This document shows positions 20,037-29,207 of a stretch of 64,000 bases of DNA, piece by piece. The first letter of the stretch is position 1. Every line of letters begins with the position of its first letter. Origin of the DNA: Bdellovibrionales bacterium (GTDB taxonomy: Bacteria; Bdellovibrionota; Bdellovibrionia; Bdellovibrionales; UBA1609); NCBI GenBank assembly GCA_027317865.1, contig DAHVQG010000012.1:18336-82335 (forward strand). The letters are read 5' to 3'. The notes beneath the pieces are model-generated. The model was not told the DNA's origin, ran no database searches, and saw only the letters and a program-made list of their open reading frames with translations. Both the position numbers and the translations under genes were made by a program.

Positions 20037-20720
20037 ATGTCGTTAATGCAGTTTATCGCCAAAAACTTTTGGCACGTTTTCCCAATTTTGTTGTGCGGGG
20101 CCGCTGCGGTTCTCATCATAGTTGAGCGATCAGCCGCTCTCGGATGGGCTTATCCGATGGAAAACATGGATGGGTTCTTTGAGCGTATCCGAAACATGAT
20201 CTTGAGAAACAGCATTCAAGAAGCCATCGCGTTTTGCGAACGATTTCGCACAAAACCTGTCGCTCGTGTCGTACGCGAAGGTCTGATTCGGGCCCATCAA
20301 CCCGAACACCTCATTGAAAACGGTTTACAAATCGCGGTGGGCGAAGCGTCTGAAAAAATCCAAGTACGAACTCCGTTTTTAGCGACGCTCGCCAACGTCT
20401 CCACCTTGTTTGGTTTGCTCGGTACGATCATCGGTCTTGTGGAGTCGTTTCAGGCAGTCGGTCAAGCGGTTGCGCAACAACGTGCCGCCTTGCTCGCAAA
20501 CGGTATTTCGACCGCGATGAACTCAACGATGATGGGTCTTGCCGTTGCGATACCCAGCATGATCGCCTATTCGATACTCATGGCCCGCACCAATAAGGTC
20601 ACCGGGCAAATCGAACAGAGTGCGGTTCGCACCATGGACATTCTGCAACAAAGCTATTTTAACGCGAAAAGCGGCGACGTTCCACCCAACGAGCACAACC
20701 CCCGACGGAAAAGCAAATGA
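20037..20720 (+). CDS. MotA/TolQ/ExbB proton channel (AglR-like)
   Basis: LANVSTLFGLLGTIIGL, GISTAMNSTMMGLAVAIP. Confidence 0.92.
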   Translation: MSLMQFIAKNFWHVFPILLCGAAAVLIIVERSAALGWAYPMENMDGFFERIRNMILRNSIQEAIAFCERFRTKPVARVVREGLIRAHQPEHLIENGLQIAVGEASEKIQVRTPFLATLANVSTLFGLLGTIIGLVESFQAVGQAVAQQRAALLANGISTAMNSTMMGLAVAIPSMIAYSILMARTNKVTGQIEQSAVRTMDILQQSYFNAKSGDVPPNEHNPRRKSK

Positions 20721-21172
20721 ATGTTGGTGAGAGCTCATCGCAAGAAGTCGATTTAAATATAGCTCCTATCATCGATATGTTCACCGTACTCATCACCTAT
20801 CTTATTGTTACGGCCTCGTTTCTAACTCTTGCCGCAGTCGATGTCGGCGTTTCTGCAACCGGAACCGCGGCGGCAACAAGCGCCGGTCGGCCTTCGATGT
20901 CGATGTTGCTTGAACTGAAATCCGGCGGCGACGTGAATATCGCGCTTCAGGGCGGTAATCTCACCCATGAGATCGATATCGACGTCAAAGGTTTACCCAA
21001 TTCCCTGCAAAACGTTAAGGCGTTAGAAGCCCGGTTGCGTCAGCTCCAAGCGAAATGGCCGCAGATTAAAGAAGTGAGCGTGACCGCCGATCCCAACATT
21101 ATTTACAAAAATATTGTGGACGTCATTCACAAGGTTCAGTCGATTATGCCGAAGGTGTACATCTCGAGTTAG
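20717..21172 (+). CDS. ExbD/TolR family protein (AglQ-like)
   Basis: LNIAPIIDMFTVLITYL with conserved TM Asp; ADPNIIYKNIVDV. Confidence 0.88.
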   Translation: MNVGESSSQEVDLNIAPIIDMFTVLITYLIVTASFLTLAAVDVGVSATGTAAATSAGRPSMSMLLELKSGGDVNIALQGGNLTHEIDIDVKGLPNSLQNVKALEARLRQLQAKWPQIKEVSVTADPNIIYKNIVDVIHKVQSIMPKVYISS

Positions 21173-21220
21173 CACGTCAAAGTCAACGTCAATGATTACG
21201 CGTAAAAAGGCGCCGTTGTT

Positions 21221-21697
21221 ATGAAGCCGATCAAAAAGAAGAGAAAATCAACTGAGATGTCGTTGCAAATCACTTCGATGGCCGACATTTTTATGATTCT
21301 TCTCGTCTTTCTCCTTAAAAACTATTCAACGTCGATAACGAGCATTACGCCGAGCACTCATCTTACCCTCCCCCAAGTGCTCAAATCAAACGCGCAGGTG
21401 CGCGAGTCGTTGAAGGTTGAAATTAGCCGCAACGTGGTCGTGGTCGATGATAAACCGATTGTGAGATTAAATAACTTTCAGTTTGCGCCGAGCGAAACAT
21501 TGCATGGCGCGGATTCACCTACGCTTGAACAGGTCTTCGCGCACCAACGTAAACTTTTACCGATACCCAATCTTGGGTCGGGGCTTGTGGTGATGGCCGA
21601 TCAACAAACGCCCTATTCGACGTTGAAACGCGTGGTGGCCTCCGCAGCTCAGGCGGGATTTGTGAATTTGCAACTGGTCGTCGTTGAAACGGAATGA
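21221..21697 (+). CDS. ExbD/TolR family protein (AglS-like)
   Basis: LQITSMADIFMILLVFLLKN; ADQQTPYSTLKRVV..A..AGF. Confidence 0.88.
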   Translation: MKPIKKKRKSTEMSLQITSMADIFMILLVFLLKNYSTSITSITPSTHLTLPQVLKSNAQVRESLKVEISRNVVVVDDKPIVRLNNFQFAPSETLHGADSPTLEQVFAHQRKLLPIPNLGSGLVVMADQQTPYSTLKRVVASAAQAGFVNLQLVVVETE

Positions 21698-23442
21698 GTG
21701 TGATACCCGAAGAATTTCTGATAACAACTCAGATTGGCGAAGTTTCGCGCAAGCAGTTCTGGCAATCGGACGAAATTGCGGATCTTGATTTGCCGGACGG
21801 TTGGGCAATTGAAATGCGCGACGGGAACATCTGCGTATTTGATTCAGCGGCCGATTCTAAACTAATGCTCAACACCCCCGGCCAGGGTGAGAAATTGTCG
21901 ATCGATTTGCCACCGTCGGCCCGTCAACGCTGGCGCCGCGCGACCCATGTTGAAGTCAAACCCATTCGCAAACCGGCTCCGGTTTACGTGGTTTCATCGG
22001 ATATTCAAACTTTAGAAAAGCCCGGTCCGAAGCAACCATTTCTATTTTATGGCCAAGATTTTCTGCTTGTTCACCACCGGCCCGTGCGTCTCAATCACCA
22101 AATAGCATTACTCGGGTACAACATTTTCAGCTATTCGCAGAAAACAAACGGCGATTTTGTCGTCACCAGCAACCAAAGCGGCGTAATTGTTGAATCCGAA
22201 TCTGGAACTAAAAAACTTGCGAAGGGCGAAGAGCTTCGCATGTCGGAATTCGATTTTTTTGGCGCGACCTTTCGTTTGCGTAAGCATTGGTGGCGCTTGC
22301 GGCTATTTCCGTCCGCTGACGGCCTAGAACCTGTCGAAACCGACGAGACCGATGAAGACCGTCAAGAGCGCGACCGTCTTCAGTACGCCACGGCGACGAT
22401 TATGCTTTTGTTTTCTTTACTTTTGTTCGTTGGCTATTTGGCGGCAAAATTCAGTACACCTCCGCAGAAAATCGTTCGTGCCAACGTCGTTCTAAAAACT
22501 CCTGTGATTATTCCGCCGTTCAAAGCGCTCAAGAAACACGTCGTTCTAAAACCGAAGAAAAAAATAAGAAAAATTGTTTTAAGAAAACGCAGGGTAATTA
22601 AACTGACCCGGCATATCGTGCATCATCCGCATCCTGTTCGCCGCCGAATTTTCAGACCAATCCGCAAACGAGTGGCTCTTGTTCGGCATCGTCCTGTCGC
22701 AGCCGCACCACGACCCGTTCACCCGCACCGTGTGACACCCCATATTTCACCGGCGGTCGCGCGCGCGCAAATGTTGGCACGGCAACGGGCCGCTCAGCAG
22801 GCCCAGGTGGCAAACGAGCTTAAGTTTCTCTCTAGCTCCTCAAATCTGCCGCAGCAAAACGTCGCGGAGTACAAAACAAAAAAGGGCCGGTACGCCAACA
22901 CAGCGATGATTGGCGGCATGGTTAGTAAATCAAACGAGTTGAATCGAATTGCCAATGGCGCACCGGGGAGCGGTGTGATTCATACTCGAGATGCGCAAGA
23001 GATCAGCTCCAACATTCATTTTGGCGGTCGCGGTAAAGGTCTTAACCGCGTGCAAGGTCGTGTTTCGCTCTCGCAACTCTATGCAGGCGGCGGTAATTTG
23101 TCTGGAGCGCTCGGCGGCGGCAGCGGGCTTGCGGTTTCTGGCCCTGGATCTATTTCAAACGGGCTCATCGAAGCCGTTTTGCAAAAATACTTGAGCCGGT
23201 TTGAGTATTGTTACGAAAAGGCGCTCTTATCCGACGCTTCTCTTGCTGGCAACTTGCTCGTTCAATGGAATATCACCATGGCTGGTCGAGTGGCACATTC
23301 GCAGATTCTGCGATCTCAGCTCAATAATGCGCAATTACATGATTGCATTTTGCATGTTCTCGATGGCATACACTTTCCGCACCCGCACGGCGGTTACGTG
23401 ACCGTTCAAAAAACATTTAGTTTCAAGAGCAGTTCAATTTAG
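21694..23442 (+). CDS. GltG-like protein: cytoplasmic domain, TM, basic linker, TonB-C-like (AgmX/PglI C-terminal) domain
   Basis: TM at ~aa 232-252; C-terminal FEYCYEKALL...LAG...W.I...G.V...C.....FPHPHGG.V.V...F.F. Confidence 0.82.
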   Translation: MSVIPEEFLITTQIGEVSRKQFWQSDEIADLDLPDGWAIEMRDGNICVFDSAADSKLMLNTPGQGEKLSIDLPPSARQRWRRATHVEVKPIRKPAPVYVVSSDIQTLEKPGPKQPFLFYGQDFLLVHHRPVRLNHQIALLGYNIFSYSQKTNGDFVVTSNQSGVIVESESGTKKLAKGEELRMSEFDFFGATFRLRKHWWRLRLFPSADGLEPVETDETDEDRQERDRLQYATATIMLLFSLLLFVGYLAAKFSTPPQKIVRANVVLKTPVIIPPFKALKKHVVLKPKKKIRKIVLRKRRVIKLTRHIVHHPHPVRRRIFRPIRKRVALVRHRPVAAAPRPVHPHRVTPHISPAVARAQMLARQRAAQQAQVANELKFLSSSSNLPQQNVAEYKTKKGRYANTAMIGGMVSKSNELNRIANGAPGSGVIHTRDAQEISSNIHFGGRGKGLNRVQGRVSLSQLYAGGGNLSGALGGGSGLAVSGPGSISNGLIEAVLQKYLSRFEYCYEKALLSDASLAGNLLVQWNITMAGRVAHSQILRSQLNNAQLHDCILHVLDGIHFPHPHGGYVTVQKTFSFKSSSI

Positions 23443-23464
23443 TTGGGCACTTTTTACTGGAAGC

Positions 23465-24337
23465 TCAGAAAAATGCCGACAAAACGACCATCATGTTAAG
23501 ATCGTAATTCGAGTAAACCGATAAATGAAGCGTATCGCCCGAAAAACCGGCGCCCATATAAAAATCGTCAGCGCTCGGTGAAGCGTTCACGTCATCTTCG
23601 TACGTCATACTGGCTTCGAGCGAACCTTCGCGGCGTTCGTATCCGAGCGAAACTTTATCAACTTTATTTGTTGAACCACCGGTGCCTTGCGTTTGTTGAA
23701 AACTCGACTCGAGGCTAACCGTGTTATCGTTGTCGACATAGGCGTATCCGGCACCGTAATTCAAAGTTTGCGTGGTCGAACCAGATGGGTCGACATATTC
23801 GGCATCGACACCCAACCGATTTTCACCATTTGGATTAAATATTAACCCGGCCCCGTAAGTCGGGACTTTATTTGAAACTGAGTAACGAAGTCCGATATCC
23901 ATCATGTCATCGACGGACGCGCCTAAAATTCCCGCAGTTGTACTGTAGCAACCCGAACATGTCGGGTCGTGCGCGCCAGCCGCAATGCCGAAATTGTCAT
24001 TTGAATCGCCCGCTTCAAAGCCGGTGTCAGATGAGCCATCTTTTGCATATTCGACGCTCAATCGCAGTTCTTGCTGATACATCACCCCCGCCGGATTTTC
24101 AGCGCCAAGGTATCCGTAGCCCATGTTGACGAGTGACGTGACGTTCGGAGCGGCAATCCCCTGCCCCACAGCAACTAAATTGGTTGTCGGCATGCCCACG
24201 TTTGTGGGCGATAAGCTCGCTGCATACTGAGCCCATGCTTTAGGCGTTAGAACGACCGAAACCGTGAGAACCGTTGCAACTGAAACCGCTACGAAAGCCG
24301 CCGTCGACGCAAGCGTCGAAAATATTAATTTCTTCAT
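23465..24337 (-). CDS. Putative outer-membrane beta-barrel protein (start re-assigned to ATG 24337)
   Basis: Signal peptide ending AWA; ENPAG motif; alternating strands; terminal LSAFF. Confidence 0.65.
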   Translation of the reverse strand: MKKLIFSTLASTAAFVAVSVATVLTVSVVLTPKAWAQYAASLSPTNVGMPTTNLVAVGQGIAAPNVTSLVNMGYGYLGAENPAGVMYQQELRLSVEYAKDGSSDTGFEAGDSNDNFGIAAGAHDPTCSGCYSTTAGILGASVDDMMDIGLRYSVSNKVPTYGAGLIFNPNGENRLGVDAEYVDPSGSTTQTLNYGAGYAYVDNDNTVSLESSFQQTQGTGGSTNKVDKVSLGYERREGSLEASMTYEDDVNASPSADDFYMGAGFSGDTLHLSVYSNYDLNMMVVLSAFF

Positions 24338-24399
24338 GAGTTCACTGTTCAATGACTGTTGGGTTATGTCAAGTTTGTGTGCTGCGAGATTGCGCCGAC

Positions 24400-27018
24400 T
24401 TATGGATTTACCGTGCCGCCATAGAGCGAACCCGTGCCGACAACCGTACCGCCAACAGTGAGCACGCCGCCGTTTTTGGTGAGAGTGTTCCCGTTTAAGC
24501 TCAATGAGGCTAATGTCAGATCGTAGCCGGCCATATTGATCGCACCACTTGTCACCGATGTCGCTTGCGATGAACCATTCCAAGAAACTGCCGAGCCCAA
24601 TGTCAAAGTGCCCCCACCGGTAATGCTGATATTACCGGTCGGGAAGGCTCCAGAATTTGTAACCGAAACCGTTTGAGTACCCGAGCCAGTGAAATTGAGG
24701 GCTGCGGTGCCCGATAGCCCCGAAACACTTGAAGTCACGTTACCCGCGACCGCAAATGTGCCGGAATTTATAGCATCGCCGTAATTACCGCCGAACGACA
24801 GGGTACCCGAAATGTTCATTGTCTCGCCGCCCATCGTATAGGTTGAGCAGCTCAAGACGATCGAAACGTTGTTATACGTAGCAGTTCCGGGTTCCAGCGT
24901 GAGCCCGTTATTGCACTCAGGTTCAAGTTGCAACGTTGACCCGGTCGTTGTCAGTGTACCGACGGAGGTCACAACGAAATTCCCGTTGCTATTATATTCA
25001 GATTTACCACCAATAGTAACGACTCCGGACAACGTGACATTGTCGCTACCCGTATTAATTGTTAGGTTGGGTATGTCTGCACCCGCAGAAGTCGTAAGAG
25101 TTTGGCCAGAGGCATTGCCGGTGAGCTCAACAACGGACGTACCGTCAACGCGGACATCTGACGTCACGTTGCCAGCAACCAATAAAGTTGAACCATTGAC
25201 ACTGCCATCGCCGCTCGCGAAGGTGAGATTTCCGTCAATCGTCATATTTGAATTAATAGTCGCGGCATGTGGCCAATTGACGTTCAAAGTGACATCATTA
25301 AAAGCCGTCGACCCAGGTGAAATACTGTAAGAATAATCTGAATAATCAAAGGTGACGGCATTGGTATTGAGATTTAATGTCCCCGCAGTGTACGTCCAAT
25401 TACCTTCGACTGTAAGCGCACTGGCTATTGAAGCTGTACCGGTTGAGTTAAAATCTAACGAGGGTAGGTCGCCACCCGTCTGGGTAATTGTTTGAGTTCC
25501 TGTGCCGTCCAAAACAATTGTACCCTCGGCGTTGTCGTTGTTGCCTCCACTAGCGGTGAGATTGCCCGCAACGTCGATTGTGGCATCGGGGTCTCCGTTG
25601 GTGATGGTGAGATTGCCATTCACGGTTATGGGGTTACCATTCGCGATAAACGCGCCCCCACCTGAAATCGTCAGATCATTGAACGCAATCGCGTTCGAGA
25701 CATTGTAATTACCATTGCACGTGAATATAACTCCGTTGCCGTTGAGATTGACAGTACCGGCGATATAATTCCAATTACCTGTCACTGTAAGCGGATTTTG
25801 AATTGAAATTGTACCTGTCGAATCAAAATTGACCGCGCCAATCGCCCCATTCGCAGTGCTGGTAATTGTTTGCGTGCCTGTCCCGTCAAAAACCCATACT
25901 GCCATATTCCAAGGATCGGTACCGCCGCCGGCCGTAAGAGTTACGTTACCGGCAATATCGAGCGTGCCACCGAAAACTGTCAAGCCAGAGGTGCTGTTTG
26001 TCGTCACATTACCCGAAATGGTTATCGTCCCGCCATTAAGATTAACACTACCCCCTCCGGTGAATTCAACATTGTCGTAAGTTGCAGTACCCGGCTGCAC
26101 ATTCCATTGGCCGCCGCTCCCTGCAGCAAAATTAAGGGTACTGCCCGTCATGTTGAGCGTGCCCCCGTAAACCTTCCAGTCATAACTTTCGGTTATCGTC
26201 TGCGTGCCCGCATTAAAGGTTCCGCCGCTGATCGCAAAATTGGAGCCAATAGTCATCCCAGCCGCTGAACCAGTAAACGTTCCGCCCATTTCAACGAAGT
26301 CATCGGGGTAATATGATTGGTCGAGCGTTATGGTATAACCGCTGCCTTGAGTAATCGTGCCGGTATATCCACTTGCCATGCGAATACCCGCCACGGAGAT
26401 ATTCGCGTTAACCGTTGGCGAACAATTGACCGTACACGAACCGTCAAAAAGTGCGATGTCACCGCTGCCGGGTGCCGAGCCCCCTGACCAATTGGCCCCA
26501 GTCGTCCAGTTTGCGTCCGCGCCGCCACCCGTCCAAACAAACGGGTTAGATGAAACTGTTTCAGTTTGCGAGACAGTATACGGGTTGGGATAATAATAAT
26601 TCGCCGACACCGAGGCAGTGATAGTTGGCGATCCTGTCGAGGTGTCAACGTAATATATTGTGGCATTTTTAGAGGACGTGCCGATCGTTACCGATGTTAT
26701 TGGCTGAGTACAGGTTGTATCGGAATAAAATGTCACACCTGATGACCCGGAAATATTGACTGTGAGTGGACTAATCGGATTTGCAGCCATGCCTAACCAA
26801 TTATTATTTTGAATTGTCAACCCCCCCGAGCAGTCGCCGGCATAGTTCGATTGAGCAGTCGAGGTAATCGACAATGTGAAATCATGTTGCTTCCAAAAAG
26901 CGGGTGACATCCACTGCGCGTGGGCGGCGAACGGGATAATTATCAAAAACACAACAATCGACGTAAAAACCACGAGCCCCATTGTCGCAGACTGCAAATG
27001 AAATTTTAGGGTTCTCAT
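24400..27018 (-). CDS. Secreted beta-helix/solenoid repeat protein (adhesin-like)
   Basis: Signal peptide ending AHA; WTGGG...WT...NWSGG..P motif; repeated DGTGTQTI / GNLT / FNDLTI units; no autotransporter barrel. Confidence 0.8.
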   Translation of the reverse strand: MRTLKFHLQSATMGLVVFTSIVVFLIIIPFAAHAQWMSPAFWKQHDFTLSITSTAQSNYAGDCSGGLTIQNNNWLGMAANPISPLTVNISGSSGVTFYSDTTCTQPITSVTIGTSSKNATIYYVDTSTGSPTITASVSANYYYPNPYTVSQTETVSSNPFVWTGGGADANWTTGANWSGGSAPGSGDIALFDGSCTVNCSPTVNANISVAGIRMASGYTGTITQGSGYTITLDQSYYPDDFVEMGGTFTGSAAGMTIGSNFAISGGTFNAGTQTITESYDWKVYGGTLNMTGSTLNFAAGSGGQWNVQPGTATYDNVEFTGGGSVNLNGGTITISGNVTTNSTSGLTVFGGTLDIAGNVTLTAGGGTDPWNMAVWVFDGTGTQTITSTANGAIGAVNFDSTGTISIQNPLTVTGNWNYIAGTVNLNGNGVIFTCNGNYNVSNAIAFNDLTISGGGAFIANGNPITVNGNLTITNGDPDATIDVAGNLTASGGNNDNAEGTIVLDGTGTQTITQTGGDLPSLDFNSTGTASIASALTVEGNWTYTAGTLNLNTNAVTFDYSDYSYSISPGSTAFNDVTLNVNWPHAATINSNMTIDGNLTFASGDGSVNGSTLLVAGNVTSDVRVDGTSVVELTGNASGQTLTTSAGADIPNLTINTGSDNVTLSGVVTIGGKSEYNSNGNFVVTSVGTLTTTGSTLQLEPECNNGLTLEPGTATYNNVSIVLSCSTYTMGGETMNISGTLSFGGNYGDAINSGTFAVAGNVTSSVSGLSGTAALNFTGSGTQTVSVTNSGAFPTGNISITGGGTLTLGSAVSWNGSSQATSVTSGAINMAGYDLTLASLSLNGNTLTKNGGVLTVGGTVVGTGSLYGGTVNP

Positions 27019-27054
27019 GCCAAAACCTCATGCTGCGCCATTAAAATCTGCCCC

Positions 27055-29034
27055 CTAGTATCCGGGGGTCCATGCGATGTACACGTCTGCTCCGGCGACG
27101 AGAATTGAAAACAATGTTTGTTTACCAGATACTGTAGCGCCGAAATCTGGCGGAGTATGAACAGTGAGCGCGGTAACTCCTGCATCACTGTACGCGGTGA
27201 AACTGCAAGTTGCAGCGGTCGTGCCTTTGACTATGAACGTGTACGTACCGCCGTCTTTCAAATTGTTAAACTGAAACGCTCCGCAAGAAGACGTGGTGTA
27301 CTGAATGTTGCCGGTTGAAAAATCGATTGTTGAAGTTGTATTATTCACAGCCGGATTTGTAACGAGTGACCCGTTGCTGACGTCGAGGCCCGCACGTGGT
27401 GATGTGGTGCCAATGCCGACGTTGCCATTATTAGCGACAGTAAACCTCACTGTCCCGGCTACCGTGCCATTGTCACCTGTGGCAACTCGAAAATCGCCCG
27501 TATTGGTCGTCAGCATGACGTTACTCGCGTAACCAGTCCCACTGGCACCGCTATTGGCATAACCAATTTGGCCACCCATCACTCCGCTATTATTGAGAAA
27601 CATAATGCCCGACAACCCCGAGCTACTTGTGTTTTCAATACGCTCAAGAGGATTGTAGTTATAGGTCCCGACTATATCCAACGGAAAAGCTGGGCTTGCT
27701 GTGCCAATGCCGACATCGCCGGCAAAATAATTTGAACTCGTACCGGCTGAGTAGACCCCCCAACCCGTCGAACTGTTATTGTTGAAATATCCCGCATAGC
27801 CAGTGTTGCCTGCGCCATTTTCTGCCCCGTACACGCCTGTACCAGCCCCGGTTGACGACGAAGTGAAATAGCCCCCAAATGGAGTTCCAGTTGTTGATGT
27901 CGCGTTACCTGCAACACCGTAAGCATCGCCAGCCGACGAGACGACACCGTACACACCGGTTGTCCCGGTCGATGCTGAAGAAGCGCTGCCGTATACACCA
28001 TAACTTGCCGACGTAGTGTCGCCGTTAACGCCTGAGACCACTGGTCCCGATACTGTACTACCTTTTACATCTAAGGGATAATTTGGCGTATTGGTTCCAA
28101 TACCCAACCGGTGGTTCGTAGTATCCCAGAAGAAATTTGTCGGATCGCTTGTTAAAGATGTGCCACCACTGATTTGTACCGCACCTGCCGCACCACTTGG
28201 CGTAACGCTGCTACCGGTGGCTAAAGTTTGTGTCGAAGTGCCATTATAATACTCGATTGAGTTCGAAGTTGTGTTGTACCACATACTACCAACCGTCGGC
28301 GAAGATGGTGGACTTGTCGTCGTGTATGTCGGCAAGCTTGTGGCGCTCGTTGTAGATGTCGACATGAAGTTGCCGCTTTCAATCGATTGCAGATTTGTGT
28401 ACGCAGTGCCCGTAAATAAAGCGTTGAGATTGGCTTGCGTAACATTAGCTCCGCCAGAAGTGTTCACTTGTAAAAACGACGAAGCGTCTAGGCCCTGCAA
28501 AGTTTGCGCGACAAGAGCCGTCGGCACGCTACTTAAAATAGTATCCGGCGATAAGGTATCGGCAACGCCCGTCGCCGACGGAGTGACTGTGATTCGAAAA
28601 TAGCGAATATCGCCGGGCACGGGAGTATAAGAATTGCCCGTGCACGTTTGCCCTGGCGCGCTTGTCCCCGCAATGGCCGTCAAATTTTGAAAAACGTTGG
28701 CCATCGTATTGCCGGGGTCGCTCGCCGTACGTTGGGCACTGCCGACGGCAGAGCCCACTTGAATATTGTAATAACCATTCGTTGTGGATGTGTTCACGGT
28801 CTGTTGTTCTTCGTACAAAATGCAGGTTTTTGCCGGATTTAATATGTCGATGGTGATCTTGGCCCCGGTGTCGAGCAAAGGATTGGTCGTGCCAGCTTGT
28901 AAAAGCTGACCGTCGAGAGTGAAAGACTGAGGCGATTCGTTGGCTCCGTAAACGTGCTGCGCGAACAAGACCGCCAGACCAAATATGAGCACACGATTTA
29001 TATAGCCAATCAAACCACGAGAATTTTGGCTCAT
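27055..29034 (-). CDS. Phage-tail-fibre-like trimeric adhesin (Bdellovibrio MAT-like) without S74 chaperone domain
   Basis: N-terminal FTLDGQL...CILYEEQ...GYYNIQVG...SSVPTALVA; LGIGTNTP / VGIGTASP / VGIGTTSP fibre repeats. Confidence 0.75.
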   Translation of the reverse strand: MSQNSRGLIGYINRVLIFGLAVLFAQHVYGANESPQSFTLDGQLLQAGTTNPLLDTGAKITIDILNPAKTCILYEEQQTVNTSTTNGYYNIQVGSAVGSAQRTASDPGNTMANVFQNLTAIAGTSAPGQTCTGNSYTPVPGDIRYFRITVTPSATGVADTLSPDTILSSVPTALVAQTLQGLDASSFLQVNTSGGANVTQANLNALFTGTAYTNLQSIESGNFMSTSTTSATSLPTYTTTSPPSSPTVGSMWYNTTSNSIEYYNGTSTQTLATGSSVTPSGAAGAVQISGGTSLTSDPTNFFWDTTNHRLGIGTNTPNYPLDVKGSTVSGPVVSGVNGDTTSASYGVYGSASSASTGTTGVYGVVSSAGDAYGVAGNATSTTGTPFGGYFTSSSTGAGTGVYGAENGAGNTGYAGYFNNNSSTGWGVYSAGTSSNYFAGDVGIGTASPAFPLDIVGTYNYNPLERIENTSSSGLSGIMFLNNSGVMGGQIGYANSGASGTGYASNVMLTTNTGDFRVATGDNGTVAGTVRFTVANNGNVGIGTTSPRAGLDVSNGSLVTNPAVNNTTSTIDFSTGNIQYTTSSCGAFQFNNLKDGGTYTFIVKGTTAATCSFTAYSDAGVTALTVHTPPDFGATVSGKQTLFSILVAGADVYIAWTPGY

Positions 29035-29040
29035 ATTTAT

Positions 29041-29067
29041 GTATCGGAATATTCAAAATAAACTTTA
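29041..29067 (-). promoter_or_regulatory. sigma28 (FliA)-type promoter
   Basis: Minus strand TAAA-N15-TCCGATAC, 6 nt before ATG 29034. Confidence 0.65.
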
Positions 29068-29207
29068 CTTTTGTCACGTCTTGCAATGAGACATAATTTC
29101 AAATCCAAATTGTTTGCTCAGCCGAAAGTCCAAAGCAAAACATAACAGCCTAAATATTCTGAACTAAATCTCAATATAATCTCAGTTTGAGCCGATCAAA
29201 ACTCTAT

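Noticed and set aside
13528-23442. Ordinary Tol-Pal or TonB uptake system
   Set aside because: No TolB, Pal or TonB-dependent receptor. Two ExbD genes with GltG-, GltF- and TPR-like genes fit the Agl-Glt type better.
24338-24583. N-terminal extensions of track ORFs (also 34366..34485, 52816..52953, 58715..58903, 19558..19686)
   Set aside because: They overlap neighbouring genes or promoters; downstream starts give proper signal peptides, RBS or translational coupling.
24400-27018. Classical autotransporter or two-partner secretion substrate
   Set aside because: No C-terminal translocator barrel, and no TPS domain or TpsB gene seen.
24869-28856. Long antisense ORFs within the repeat genes (likewise within fumC, kdp, pst and msr)
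   Set aside because: Expected by-products of codon bias on the opposite strand of well-supported genes.
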